Part shown: one piece after another, positions 43,058 to 54,819 of the stretch
Position numbering within the stretch: position 1 is the first letter of the stretch
Layout: each line of letters starts with the position of its first letter
Source: Tubiluchus corallicola
Taxonomy: Eukaryota; Animalia; Priapulida
NCBI GenBank assembly: GCA_030141605.1
Contig: JAQGDQ010000928.1
Coordinates: forward strand, 1 to 64,000
Reading direction: 5' to 3'
DNA length: 64,000 nucleotides
Program-made: the position numbers and the translations under genes
The notes under the pieces: model-generated
What the model was told of the DNA's origin: nothing
What the model saw: the letters and a program-made list of their open reading frames with translations, nothing else
Database searches by the model: none

Positions 43058-46000
43058 TGTTTTTTCTCCAAATTTCATAACACCTAGTTTAAATATTACA
43101 TAACAATTTTTTTATTTACAGAAATACATATGTAGCATTTATTACAATTTCGTGACACATACCTCGTGAAATCTGCACCCTATAGTTTTTTAACAAATTA
43201 TGAATGTAATTACAGGCAACTAAAGAAACCCGAATACAAAGCAAACATTCAATGAATTTGTATATATCATCAAAATTACCGATTAAATCTCGAAAGTTAC
43301 AAATTACAAAATTACATAATTTACGTGCCAATGCTGTTCTTTTACAATTCAAAATGAAATGTTTTCAACCCTCAATTAGTAACACAGGTTTACTAAACTC
43401 ACACAATCTATCTTCTCTAGGTTTATGTTGCCAACGACATTTTTCGATAGATAAATCGTGAGATATTAATTACAAGCGTACAATGTTTTTATAAGCATCA
43501 GTAAAGAATTTTTTCTCATCGCAAAACCCTGACTTTAAATCTGGATTAATATTTACATAGTTACACGTATTTTGATTTTCCTTGAGAAACCCGTAAGCGT
43601 AAACAATTCTTTAAATCTTCTTTTCCGATTCGCTTTCTAGTAACTGCAGTTCTGTACTTACCAACAAGAGATTTATAATTTACTATCTTTCCTATTCCGT
43701 TACATGATACTATTCCAAAAAATGAATTTCGAGTTGTTCACATCTTTGTCTAAAACACTGATAATGTACAAGCAGCTGGAGAAGTTTTGCACTGTTCTGC
43801 AATTTTTAATCACACTGTGTCTTCTCCAGAAAAGCTGGAGCTGAAAAGGGGTTATGGTTCATAAGATATTTCGCTTAGGTAACGTTATTATGGGTTTCAC
43901 ACGAATTCTGTATGCAAGCCCTATTATTCTCTATTATGGGGAAATACGTAACACCTAATCAACAACGATCATGGCAATGCAACAGCTGAATGAGATTGCC
44001 CTATTCAGGCAAGTGTTATGATAAGTCTTTATTAGCCTCTCTTTGCAGGCAAAAATATTTGTACCAACATTATACAATTTTACATAGACACTATACAGTG
44101 TGAATTCTACAATATTACATTTACGGATTCTGTAATTAGCTTTTCTAATTTGTGCATATAACATTTCTTACAGTGATATTAAACAAGAAGTATTGAAGTG
44201 CGTGCTAAAATCAAGGTTATTAATGCAGCAAGTTTCCTGTAAGGTAACGTAAAAATGCAGATGAATCGATATGCCAAATTATTAAATTCCAATTCAATGT
44301 TTAAATCCATAAGAGTTACAATAAGTAATCTCTAGAACTACACAAATTTAATCACTATTTTACTAAAAATTAACAGCAGGATCTTAAAATAAAAGGGTCC
44401 TTTACAAAGTAGGTTAGTGCCGATACTAAATTTTTATTTTTGGTCCAATACACAAGATTTAAATTTTCATTTCCCAGTTCGTTTAGTAGTACATTTCGCC
44501 TATTGTGTGTGTTAGGCAATCTGTACTGGACAGTGCTGCTCTCTGAGGCCAGCAGGTAGTTACCTCAACTTACCTGTCAGGTGATTTCATGGTTGATGAC
44601 TTCAGGTACCTGGCTTTGTGAAATACTGCAGACACTTGGCCTTGATATTTTGGGTCTGGTCACATGTAATTTATAGATTTGTGTCTTGTTCAGTAAATTA
44701 TTGTTTCCTGCTGTCTGCAGTTACAATTGGTGTTTATTGTCTGTTACAGTTTTCTAATGGTGCTCTAATGTTTGGGCAAGGATGTAAGTTGCTTTTATTT
44801 AAATTAAAAATGTTTGCAGTTTTGATTAGCTACTGAAATTAACTGTATATGTGAAATATTACTTTATGTAATTTGTTTGTGTATGTACTAATTTTAAGTT
44901 ATTATTTCCATAAAATATGCAACAATTTATTTACTTACATATATGTCTATATTTTTAACAGAATAAACAACTAATTTACACACTTATGTCTGGACTTGAT
45001 GTTTGGATTGGAGTATTTGAGCATTCTTGGTCATTCGTGATGAAATGGGTCATGCATGCTATACAATCTGAATATTCATTAAGGCAGGCTCGCCCTAATA
45101 TTTCTGCTCTGCGTTACTTCAAATGCTGCAAAACTGCCAAAACATGTTAGATCAGCATGGGTGTTTCACGTACTAGTAAGAAGACACACATGTTATTCTG
45201 TGTATGTAGGCGTGGTGTGTGTTTTAAGCCTATGTAACAACAACGCGTCCGGCCTACACATCAGCATGTATATGGATGCGTAGCGGAAAGGGCTATTCTG
45301 GCTGGGACGGAATCAATCAGGCATGCCACATGTGCCAGTAATGGTGATGATATCGGACTGGGTGGGTTGAGGACCCCCGGGGTTAATCCCGTGGGTTGCG
45401 GGATTAAAAGCCGGGGTCCCTCAACCACTCATTCCGGTAACATCACTACTACTTGTGGCGGGTAATGTTTTTACCCTCCCTAGAATAAATTTTCTGTATT
45501 ATTGATTAGTAACTTGAAAACATTGGCTGTTATTGTCTATTGCGTGCACGACGGTCATCTCCGGTTAATTAATGCAACAACATCAGTGGATGAACAAGGC
45601 GTTTCGTATTAGTCAATTGTTTAGTGAGAGGATTCAATACGTGTGGGCGTCACGAAAAACTAATATGTAGCTGATGCCTTGTCTGAGGCAAAAGTTTTTA
45701 AAATGTCACTTTTGTAATCAATTTTACTTTTCTCTTTCAAAAAACTTGTTTTGTTAATTTTGAGAGTAGACTGAAACTTTATATTTCTTTGATCTTCAGT
45801 AATAATAAAACACGATATGCTGGCTGACACGGATTTCACAATAGGCAGGTGCTGAATTGGTAATTAACACGCTGGGGATTCTCGTGGAATAAGAGGCAGC
45901 TGGCTACCTGCGCACAATTCTAGCTAGATGTCATTAATTGATGTTCACATGTCAAACGATTCGTATTACATGACATCTAAGAATTGCCAAGCATAGTGAT

Positions 46001-46110
46001 AATAAGTCATTACTGCAAAGGTAATAATATAAGGAGACTATTACACCTACACATTGTGTTTCTTTAAGGTGATTAGGTGAAGAAGATGGACAAAAGAGGA
46101 CGGAAAACTG

Positions 46111-46267
<157 letters not shown>

Positions 46268-46379
46268 CCACTTTATTATGAATTATTTGAACATTAATCA
46301 AAACAGTGTCTGAGTTTACTATAAAATGGTAGTGGATAAGCATGTGACTAAACTAACTAAAACATGTAATAGCGAATAC

Positions 46380-47010
46380 TTTCAGCAACATAAGTTAAAG
46401 TAGATCAGAATATTTCTTAATGAAATCTCTACTCAAACTCTGCCTCACTCTTTCGGGACGTCGCAGACTGATAACTGTAACATTCTTCTTTATAATATTC
46501 TGGAGAATCGGTTAGCTAAGCAATAGCAAACTCTTGCAAACTCTGCAGCTAGATTAGTGTCATTTCCACTCAGATTTGAGCATACTATACATATTCTGGT
46601 TCAATTATACTGGTCTTCGTAGAGTTTTGTATAGGATTTAAAATCTTACTTATTGTTTTTAAAGATCTTCAAACTTGTGTCAGCGTACAATATGTAACTT
46701 CCTTTAACCGGTTAGAAGCTCAAAGTTTGGTCTAAGATGTAATTACAGTAAAAAATTTGCCCCTAAAAGTAAATTACCACTTTTGGTCACAAGTCATCAC
46801 TGTAGAACGACCTACCCATTGAACTTTTATTGATTAGATTCTGTTGATAATTTCAGGTTAAACGTTGTTTGAAAACACAATTTTAAACAATTTTTAGCCT
46901 AAATTAACGCAATTTGCATTTTTATCTGTATTGTATGTAACTGTTGTTAGTTTAGTATGTATCACTGTGTAAAGTGCACTAAAATATTGTAACGATAATT
47001 AATGCGCTAT
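46380..47010 (+). mobile_element. Decayed 3' end of an L2-clade LINE
   Basis: Fragments SQTDNCNILLY, NSAARLV...FEHTIHILVQLYW and GFKILLIVFK resemble L2 ORF2 C-terminal motifs (SRLDYCNSLL, QNAAARL, LHWLP, FKILLLVYK). Confidence 0.7.
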
Positions 47011-47789
47011 GAAATTTTTGTTTAATGTAATGTGTCACTTACCGATTAAAATTCAGTAGTCAAAGTGTGGAATAAATTAGAATATTGCGTATAAACAGAG
47101 CCGCATGTTCAAGCTTTAAACGCGTCAATATATTTTCTACAGAACAATACATTGATCTTTCCTGGTGGGACCACATACAATTTTGTGCCGAGAGTTTGAC
47201 CAAAATGACTGTTGTTGATGATGGTGGTGGTGGTGATGTTGGGGAACGACCTAATTTGTATAGACCTTCATGAAACTTTATACGAACACGAATTCTGCAT
47301 CGATTTCAAATACAGAACTTGAATTCTACAAAAATTGCCGATTGTTGCTAATTATTGTCTGTCAAAATGAGCGAGGATGAGTGTATAAATCAAAAGTGTC
47401 TTTGTCTTTTTGACTGACAAAGTCGGGAAACCTATCAGTCGTTTTGAATTCAAAATGGCAGCTATAACATCATTTTCGAAAAAAGCCTAAAGCTCCAATA
47501 GCTAGTCATGAAACTTTACAGGAATATGGCAGACAGAAAAACGGCATTTATCTGCTATCAGTAATAACACCATTTCCGAAAAAATGTATTGCCCTGCGGA
47601 ATTGCAAAGGATCGTCATGAAACTTTATAGGATACTGTTGTGGGTTAAGTTGCAAGCTGAGGCACCTACGCAGTTGTGACATCAGTCCACAAGGTTCCAT
47701 AAGATTTGTAAAGTTTCTGGAGTTAAGTAATTACGATCACAACACAAATATTCGACCGCCTGCACTGTAATATCTGTGTAGTAGATAGG

Positions 47790-48262
47790 AGTAAAGAGAA
47801 GATGATAATTGTATGATTAGTATTAGCAGTTCAGTAATGAAACGACTCTATGAAGGGGATATGAGAGATATGTAGAAATGAAGCCATGATTTTAGGTGCG
47901 GCTGTCATGTGACTGAATTCCATATACGGACATTGCCCGTCTGAATTGTCAGACTAGCAACAATTATAACGCATGCGCTGTGAGTCCAAAAAGCTGAAGG
48001 AAGCCAAGTGGAATGGGAGATCAGATCACGGGGGAATCTCGAGGAAGCAGGAACAGATCTTGGGCGGTTCGGCAGAGCTATGATATGTACTTTACCATGT
48101 AATATATTATTGTGAAATAAATGTGTTAGTCGCTCATCAATCCAGGTCTTATAGCTTTGTCACCACCTCACGTCAATAAACGGCTGCGGCCTCCTCAATA
48201 ATCCACCAACAAGTACTACCACTATACGACTCAGCTCATAAACATAACATATAAATTTTACT
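47790..48262 (+). repeat. 5' LTR (473 bp)
   Basis: Starts AGTAAA and ends TTTACT (terminal inverted repeat); AATAAA at 48116; followed by a TGG-starting PBS; start repeated at 63954. Confidence 0.9.
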
Positions 48263-48279
48263 GGTACTTGTGACCAGTT
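48262..48279 (+). other. Primer binding site (tRNA not assigned)
   Basis: TGGTACTTGTGACCAG overlaps the last T of the LTR; TGG is complementary to tRNA CCA. Confidence 0.65.
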
Positions 48280-48690
48280 CCGATTTTTCTACACGGAGAG
48301 AGATTCTAGTAACCTGGCTTCATTGCGTCCACAACCGCGCTGATCCAAGCAAACATGAATAAAGCTGTTTATTGACGTAATTGATCTGCCACACATCTTG
48401 ACGTCTACAACTTTGTCGTGAGTACATGCACGTTCTTTCTCCACCCTAATATTTTACTTATGTACCTTTCCTGGTTGTGTCAGTGAGTGTAAGAGATAAC
48501 GGTTGCTTGTATTTTAAAGTCAAGGAGGGTTGTAGATAAACTCTAACTTGTATATCAAACATTTTGGAGGGTTGTAACTCTAACTTGAATATCAAGATAT
48601 TGGAGGGTTGTAAAGATTAATCCTATAATGCACTGTAAATTGCGCAGCGCAAATAGATTTCTTAAATTTAATCTCTATTAAACTTTCTCA

Positions 48691-50019
48691 ATGGCGACTA
48701 AATCTCCAGCACCTGAAGCTCAGCATGTGTCTATTGATACCTATAATGCTTTAGCAAATCAATTTCATGAGTTGAGTCAAAGATGCGAGAATAGTGATAA
48801 AATCTTACAAACCCAAGCTGCTCAGATTTTAAAACAAGGAGAAAGAATAGGTGATTTGAAACGGGCTAGTGATCAGACCCAATTTTTATGTGAATTGGGC
48901 ACTCATCTAAAAGACACTAAAGTACAACAAACATTAATCCACCAAATTCAACACTTACCGAAATTTTCAGGAGAACCCGGCACTCTCAAATATAGAGATT
49001 GGATTGATAATATAGAGCAGTCTCTAAACTTAACTCCTACATTATTGACATCAAGGGACACCGCCTACAAGCATTTAATTTTGGGCACTATTACAGGGGC
49101 AGCCGCAAACTTTGTGAGTAAATACCCAAATCTCGAGACGAGAACAGCACAGGAATTACGAAACGCCCTAAGAGACCTATACGCGGACCGACTAGAAATT
49201 AATAAGGCTTTCATTGGATTAACTCGAGCTAGGCAACAGAAGGGGGAGACCATACAGGCTTTTGGCGACAGGATACTCAAATTAGCAAGAATAGCAAAAA
49301 CGTCAGAAGATGAAATAGTAGACCCAGCCTTTCAATCATTTTTGGTACAATTATTTACACTGGGTATACGAGGGGACCAGGCACGTCAATACTTACTTAG
49401 AGAGCCTCCCCGAACTCTAACTTTGGCAATCACAGAAGCCGCTAACAGGGGAGCCCCCGTGGAGATGTGCCAATATCTTAGATCGTGTTTTCCAGATAAT
49501 TCAGAACCTATGGAAGTTGATCTAATTTCACAAGAACTTCATGAAGACCCCTCAGACATGACTCCCCATACATTGCAGCTGTTTGCAGATTCATTACTTA
49601 AACAGGGACAAGTTTTAAGCAACGTACAAGAATCGGTATGTTCTCTTAATAAAACTGTCGCTACTTTGGCAAAACCAACACAAAATCAACAAGCAAGATT
49701 CGGTAAAGGACGTCAATTTGTACCAACGGGTTTTAATAATAATAATAACCGACAATTTCGGACAACCAATCGACCTAACGCTCCATTTCAACGTAATTTT
49801 AATAACTTTAATAATAGACAGTTCTACAACGAACGACCGAACACAGGTTTCAGGTTTCAACCGCGCGCTACGAATAGAAATAACAACTTCAATCAACGCG
49901 CGTCATGGATGCCTAGAGAAAACGCCCCGAATTTCAGATTTCAGAATAATAGACCATTTATTCCTAGGTTTAATAGGGAAAAACAATCCGGCAATTTTAA
50001 TAGGAGAACGGCAAACTAA
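48691..50019 (+). CDS. gag: Gag protein (442 aa)
   Basis: N-terminal coiled coil, LPKFSGE...WIDNIE capsid start, QKGETIQAFGDRI (MHR-like), EPMEVD motif, N/R/F-rich C-terminus without a CCHC knuckle. Confidence 0.93.
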   Translation: MATKSPAPEAQHVSIDTYNALANQFHELSQRCENSDKILQTQAAQILKQGERIGDLKRASDQTQFLCELGTHLKDTKVQQTLIHQIQHLPKFSGEPGTLKYRDWIDNIEQSLNLTPTLLTSRDTAYKHLILGTITGAAANFVSKYPNLETRTAQELRNALRDLYADRLEINKAFIGLTRARQQKGETIQAFGDRILKLARIAKTSEDEIVDPAFQSFLVQLFTLGIRGDQARQYLLREPPRTLTLAITEAANRGAPVEMCQYLRSCFPDNSEPMEVDLISQELHEDPSDMTPHTLQLFADSLLKQGQVLSNVQESVCSLNKTVATLAKPTQNQQARFGKGRQFVPTGFNNNNNRQFRTTNRPNAPFQRNFNNFNNRQFYNERPNTGFRFQPRATNRNNNFNQRASWMPRENAPNFRFQNNRPFIPRFNREKQSGNFNRRTAN

Positions 50020-51357
50020 AAGCGACCATTCATGAAAATTATCGGTCGTCAGAGTGGTCGCATGATCCTAGACCGAATTATTCCAATTCTTCTTTTAATG
50101 CACCCGACAAGTCTAAATTTCAACAAACTGTTTCAGAAACAAAATATATTTCTATTGCATCCATAGAAACGACGGCTCCATTTTGTAATATTAAAGTTCA
50201 TGATTATCCTTGTACAGCTATCTTAGATACAGGAGCAGAAGTTAGTGTTTTAGATAGCACCACTTTCCATAAACTCCCAACAGAAGTACAAAAAACCCTT
50301 ACGTCCCCTGAAGATAATTTTGTTTTAAATACTGCTTCAAAAAGCACGTTAAAAATATTAGGTAAATGGCATTTTAACTGTTACCATAGGAAAACAGAAA
50401 TTGGAAAATTTGTTTTATATCGTAGATCAACTTTCAAAACCTGTAATTTTAGGTTATAACTTTTTCAAAAACACCCAAGCAGCAATAGATATTGCCAACG
50501 GAATTTTAGTCATAAATCAAGAGGTACTTAAATTAGCTCCCCCGAGCGAAAAACGCATCTTTTTGGTCAAAGCCGCCACTGCTTTATTAATTCCCCCAAA
50601 ATCTTGTGCACTTGGCAAGGCGTATATCACAGGAAATTTTCATAAGAATGATGAATGCGTTCATACTTTAGAACTCCTTAAAGCGAACGTATTACCTATT
50701 TATAAAGAAACCACATGTGACATAGTTCCCAGTATTGTGAATATGTATAAGAAACAAGTTTATGTACCCTTATACAATGACGGTGAAAAGGATGTAATTG
50801 TATCTCGGAATGACATTTTAAGTCTTGCAGTTGAACAAGACCCAACAGTTATGTATCAAGTTTCAAATATTGCTAAATGCACGGAAGTTATGAACTCGAT
50901 ACAACAAATAGCTTCGCAACTTCAGAATGAAATTTTCCCTAAAATAAATACAACGGATAAGGGAAATTCCTTGCCAAAATATGTTCGTAGACTTCACGTT
51001 CAGACACTGGACCATGTGACGAAATACGGACCACCACAAGATTACAGATTACAACAGACACCTTACAAGACTGAAGCCATCTTGTATAATACTCCAAATA
51101 TAATACATTCCATTGATGAAAATATAGAAGCTAAACCTACTTCAAATAAACGAAGACGGAAACGGCTACAAAAGCATATTAAACAACAATTCGTTCGTAT
51201 GATGTCATCGGAAAGCTTACTAAAAGAATTAAAATTAGATAACATTACAGATCCCGTACTTAAGGAAAGACTCACTAAATTGCTTCTTAAATATGCAGAT
51301 TGTTTTGCTGAAGATCCCATAGACGCCCCGGTACGTCGGAAATTGAATTTAAAATAA
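50004..51357 (+). CDS. pol: Pol N-terminal part: aspartic protease and spacer, interrupted by indels near 50370 and 51325
   Basis: CTAILDTGAEVSVL (DTG at 50226) in one frame; the continuation ENLFYIVDQLSKPVILGYNFF (ILG motif) is in the next frame. Confidence 0.85.
50010..50079 (+). promoter_or_regulatory. Putative -1 ribosomal frameshift signal (G_GCA_AAC plus pseudoknot)
   Basis: The protease frame is -1 to gag and overlaps it by only 16 nt; heptamer 50010-50016, 5-nt spacer, stem 50022-31/50052-61, second stem 50037-47/50071-79. Confidence 0.75.
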
Positions 51358-51359
51358 GA

Positions 51360-54300
51360 ATGACAGATTATACACCTTATCACGCTAAACCGTACCCTAT
51401 ACCTATAAATTTGGAATCAGTGGTTAAACAGGCTATAGACACTATGTTAAAGGCAAAAGTCATAGTCCCAGCTGAGAATTCTAGTTATGCAAGTCCCATT
51501 CTGTTAGTTCCAAAAAAAGATGGAGGGAAGAGATTATGTGTAGATTTGAGACAAATCAATGCACGTACACTCCCTGACCCCTACCCACAACCGAACGTCG
51601 AAACATTATTTAAAGAATTAAAAGGTGCTAGTATATTCTCCTCTCTAGATATGACAAATGCATATTTTCAGATACCAGTTGAACCCGACAGTCAACCTTT
51701 TACAAGCTTTGTCAGCCCGTATGGCTTATTCCAATTTACAAAAATGCCCTTTGGTTTGAAGAATGCACCAGCTACATTTTCCAGATTAGTAGACCGCCTT
51801 TCACGTGACTTAATAACACCCACGGGTAGGAGACGCTTAATTGCTTATCTAGACGACCTTGTCTGTTGCAGTCCGGATATTGAAACCCATTTTTCCGATT
51901 TAGAAGATTTATTTTTGAGATTACGGAAAGCAAATTTAAAATGCCGACCCAGGAAATGTTTTTTCTTACAAAAATCTATTAAATATTTAGGCCACGTTTT
52001 GTCTGAACAAGGCATTGCCACAGATCCGGCAAAGGTGTTAGCTATTAAGAATGTTTCACCACCCACAGATATTAAAAAGCTAAGAACTTTTTTAGGTCTA
52101 GCCACTTATTATCGCAAATTCGTCAAAAATTTTGCGATAATAGCTGAACCATTATTAATGTTATTAAGGAAAGAAAATTCGTTTAAATGGACACATTTAC
52201 AACAAGAGGCTTTTGACAAACTGAAAACAGTTTTAACTGAAGCACCAATCTTGAAATATCCGGAGACTAATACAGGTTATATTCTCCATACCGATAGTTC
52301 GAACTTTGGCATAGGCGCTGTTCTTTCGCAAGAAGATGCAGCTGGAAATATCGGAGTGATCGCGTACATGTCGGAAACACTAAACAGCTCACAAAGATTA
52401 TGGCCTACATTTCAAAAGGAAGCATACGCCATCGTAGCTAGCTTTAGAAAATTTAAAACATATCTATATAACGCGCCAAAAATCGATGTTTATACGGATC
52501 ATGCACCGTTAATTTATTTGTTTACAGGTGCTAAATTAATGAATCAATTACTGTCTCGATGGGTAGTTGAGCTATTACAGTATAATATTAATATTTATTA
52601 CCAAAAAGGTTCAGAAAACACAGTTGCAGACGCGTTAAGTCGACTACCTGCATGTCCAGATTTTATAGGAACGCTCCCAATATCCTTTAGGGATTTTCAA
52701 CAACAGTTTCTACAATATAATTCGCCTGAAAGATTAGCAGAGAAATATAAATACTTAGTAGATCAGAAATCTACTTCAGAGCGCAGTAAAGGTATTAAAA
52801 CTACAGAGATGATTGCCCAAATCAGCCAACAAATGTCAGGTCAAACTGAATTAGAAAACTACTCAGATCAGACAATAATTAAAAAGGTACTACCTATAGA
52901 GGGTAACATTTTAGAAGAAAATATTTGGACAGGTGAAGACCCATTGTTAAACAGACCAACGGTCGAATCAGCTGGCAATGAAAACGCTCCAACTCAAATT
53001 CCATTACCAGCACAAGAAACCTCCTCATCGGACAACCCAGCCACTCAATTAGAACAAGGTGAAACTGAACATGACCTGGACGAATTCGATGGATTACCTT
53101 TAGATCTAACGACAGTACAGCAATGGCAATTATCAGATCCTAAATTAGCACCAATTATTCATGCCTTAACCTCACCTACAGAAACTGATATTCAAACAAA
53201 ACATGCAGAAAATTTCTACATTGATGAGCAGGGATTATTGTATAAAGTTGAAAATGACTCCATTAATTTAGAACAGGAAAATTTACGGTTAGCCATTCCA
53301 GCGAAATTAACAAGTATTTTAATTAGAGGCTTTCATGACGAATTTGCTGGACATTCTTCAGTAAAAAGAACATATGAGCGTCTGAAGAAACGATATTACT
53401 GGCCCGGCATGTTTGTACAAATTAAGAAACATGTAGATCAGTGTTTGAACTGTCAAACACGGCGTATGAGACCGCATCGTAAACCTTTAGGTATCACAGA
53501 ATTAGCCAGTAAACCCTTTGAAAATGTATATTTGGATATCTTAATTTTACCCCAGACAGAATCTGGTTATAAATATTTACTAGTTTTAATAGATCAATTA
53601 AGTAGCTGGATAGAGGCCTTTCCTTTAATTGATAAATCAGCTAACTCAGTTGCTAATGTCATCCTTACAGAATATTTCTCTCGTCACGGAGCAAGTAAAA
53701 CCTTTTTCAGTGATCAGGGAACAGAATTCAATAATGCTTTATTAAAAGCTTTACTAAAAGAATTCAGGGTTGTTCAAGTATTAGGAACACCGTACCACTC
53801 GAATTCACAAGGCCAAGTTGAACGCGCTAATCGCACTATTATCCAACAATTAGCATATGTTTGTCAACAAAAGTCCACAGATTGGATTAAATATCTGCCG
53901 CATGTATTATTCGCCCTTAGAACAACTCCAAATTCAATAACGGGGTACAGTCCATTTTTTTTAATATATAATCGCCACTGCGATTTGCCACTCGATAATA
54001 TCCTTCAACTTAGATCTAAATATTACGGATCTGATCCAATTAGACTGGATCTAAATCGTTTGCATGAAGCCTTTCTGCAAACCCGACAACTGATGCATAA
54101 AAATCGTCTAGCCCACAAAAAACGCTATGATAAAAATACGCATATACCTCTTTTCAAAATTGGTGATCCAGTTTTCTTACGTAAAGGTAATTTAGACCCT
54201 GCTGAATCACATAAACTATGTCGACCGTGGGCCCCATATTATGTAATAGTTAATAAAATTGATGAATCCCGTCTTAGAATTGTCCATAATAACACAGGCA

Positions 54301-54819
54301 AGTTTAAAATAGTGCACCCAAACCGGTTACGAAAGGCAAATTTGCAAGGAAATCAATGGCTGCTACCAACAGGAACGTCGTCGCATTCCAAGCGAACTTC
54401 AAAACGAAAATCCACATTACATTACGTCCCGGAAACTCTTTCAGACACTGATTCAAATAACCTAATAAATGAGATCCAACCTGACCAAACCCCCATCGCA
54501 ACCCCGCCCCCGAACTTGGATTTCTATGAAAATGAACCCCAACCTCAACCTAACATTTCACCCAGTTCGTCAAATTCTACACTTCATTCTTTGCCAACTT
54601 TAGAACGTATAGATCCGATGGAAGAGGAGAATTTAATTCAAACCGAAACAGATTATGCAATGCCAGTAGACAACTTAATTCCCCCCCTCGCAAACCGTTC
54701 TATAAAACGCTCATCAGACGCCGACACGCNNNNCTGGTAAGCGTGCCAGAATTAATTTAATTAAGTTGCAAAAACCAGGCATCTTTAAAACATTACGCCG
54801 AAAATTTTGCAAACAATAA
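51360..54819 (+). CDS. pol: Pol: reverse transcriptase, RNase H, integrase
   Basis: RLCVDLR, MPFGLKNAPATF, YLDD; TDSS...TDH...VADALSR; HHCC zinc finger, DDE core (LDIL, SDQGTEF, QVERANR). There is an NNNN gap at 54730-33; the likely true end is ...GKRARINL...FCKQ* at 54819. Confidence 0.96.

Noticed and set aside
49065-52105. Antisense ORFs overlapping gag and pol
   Set aside because: Short shadows of long sense ORFs with no motifs or splice support.
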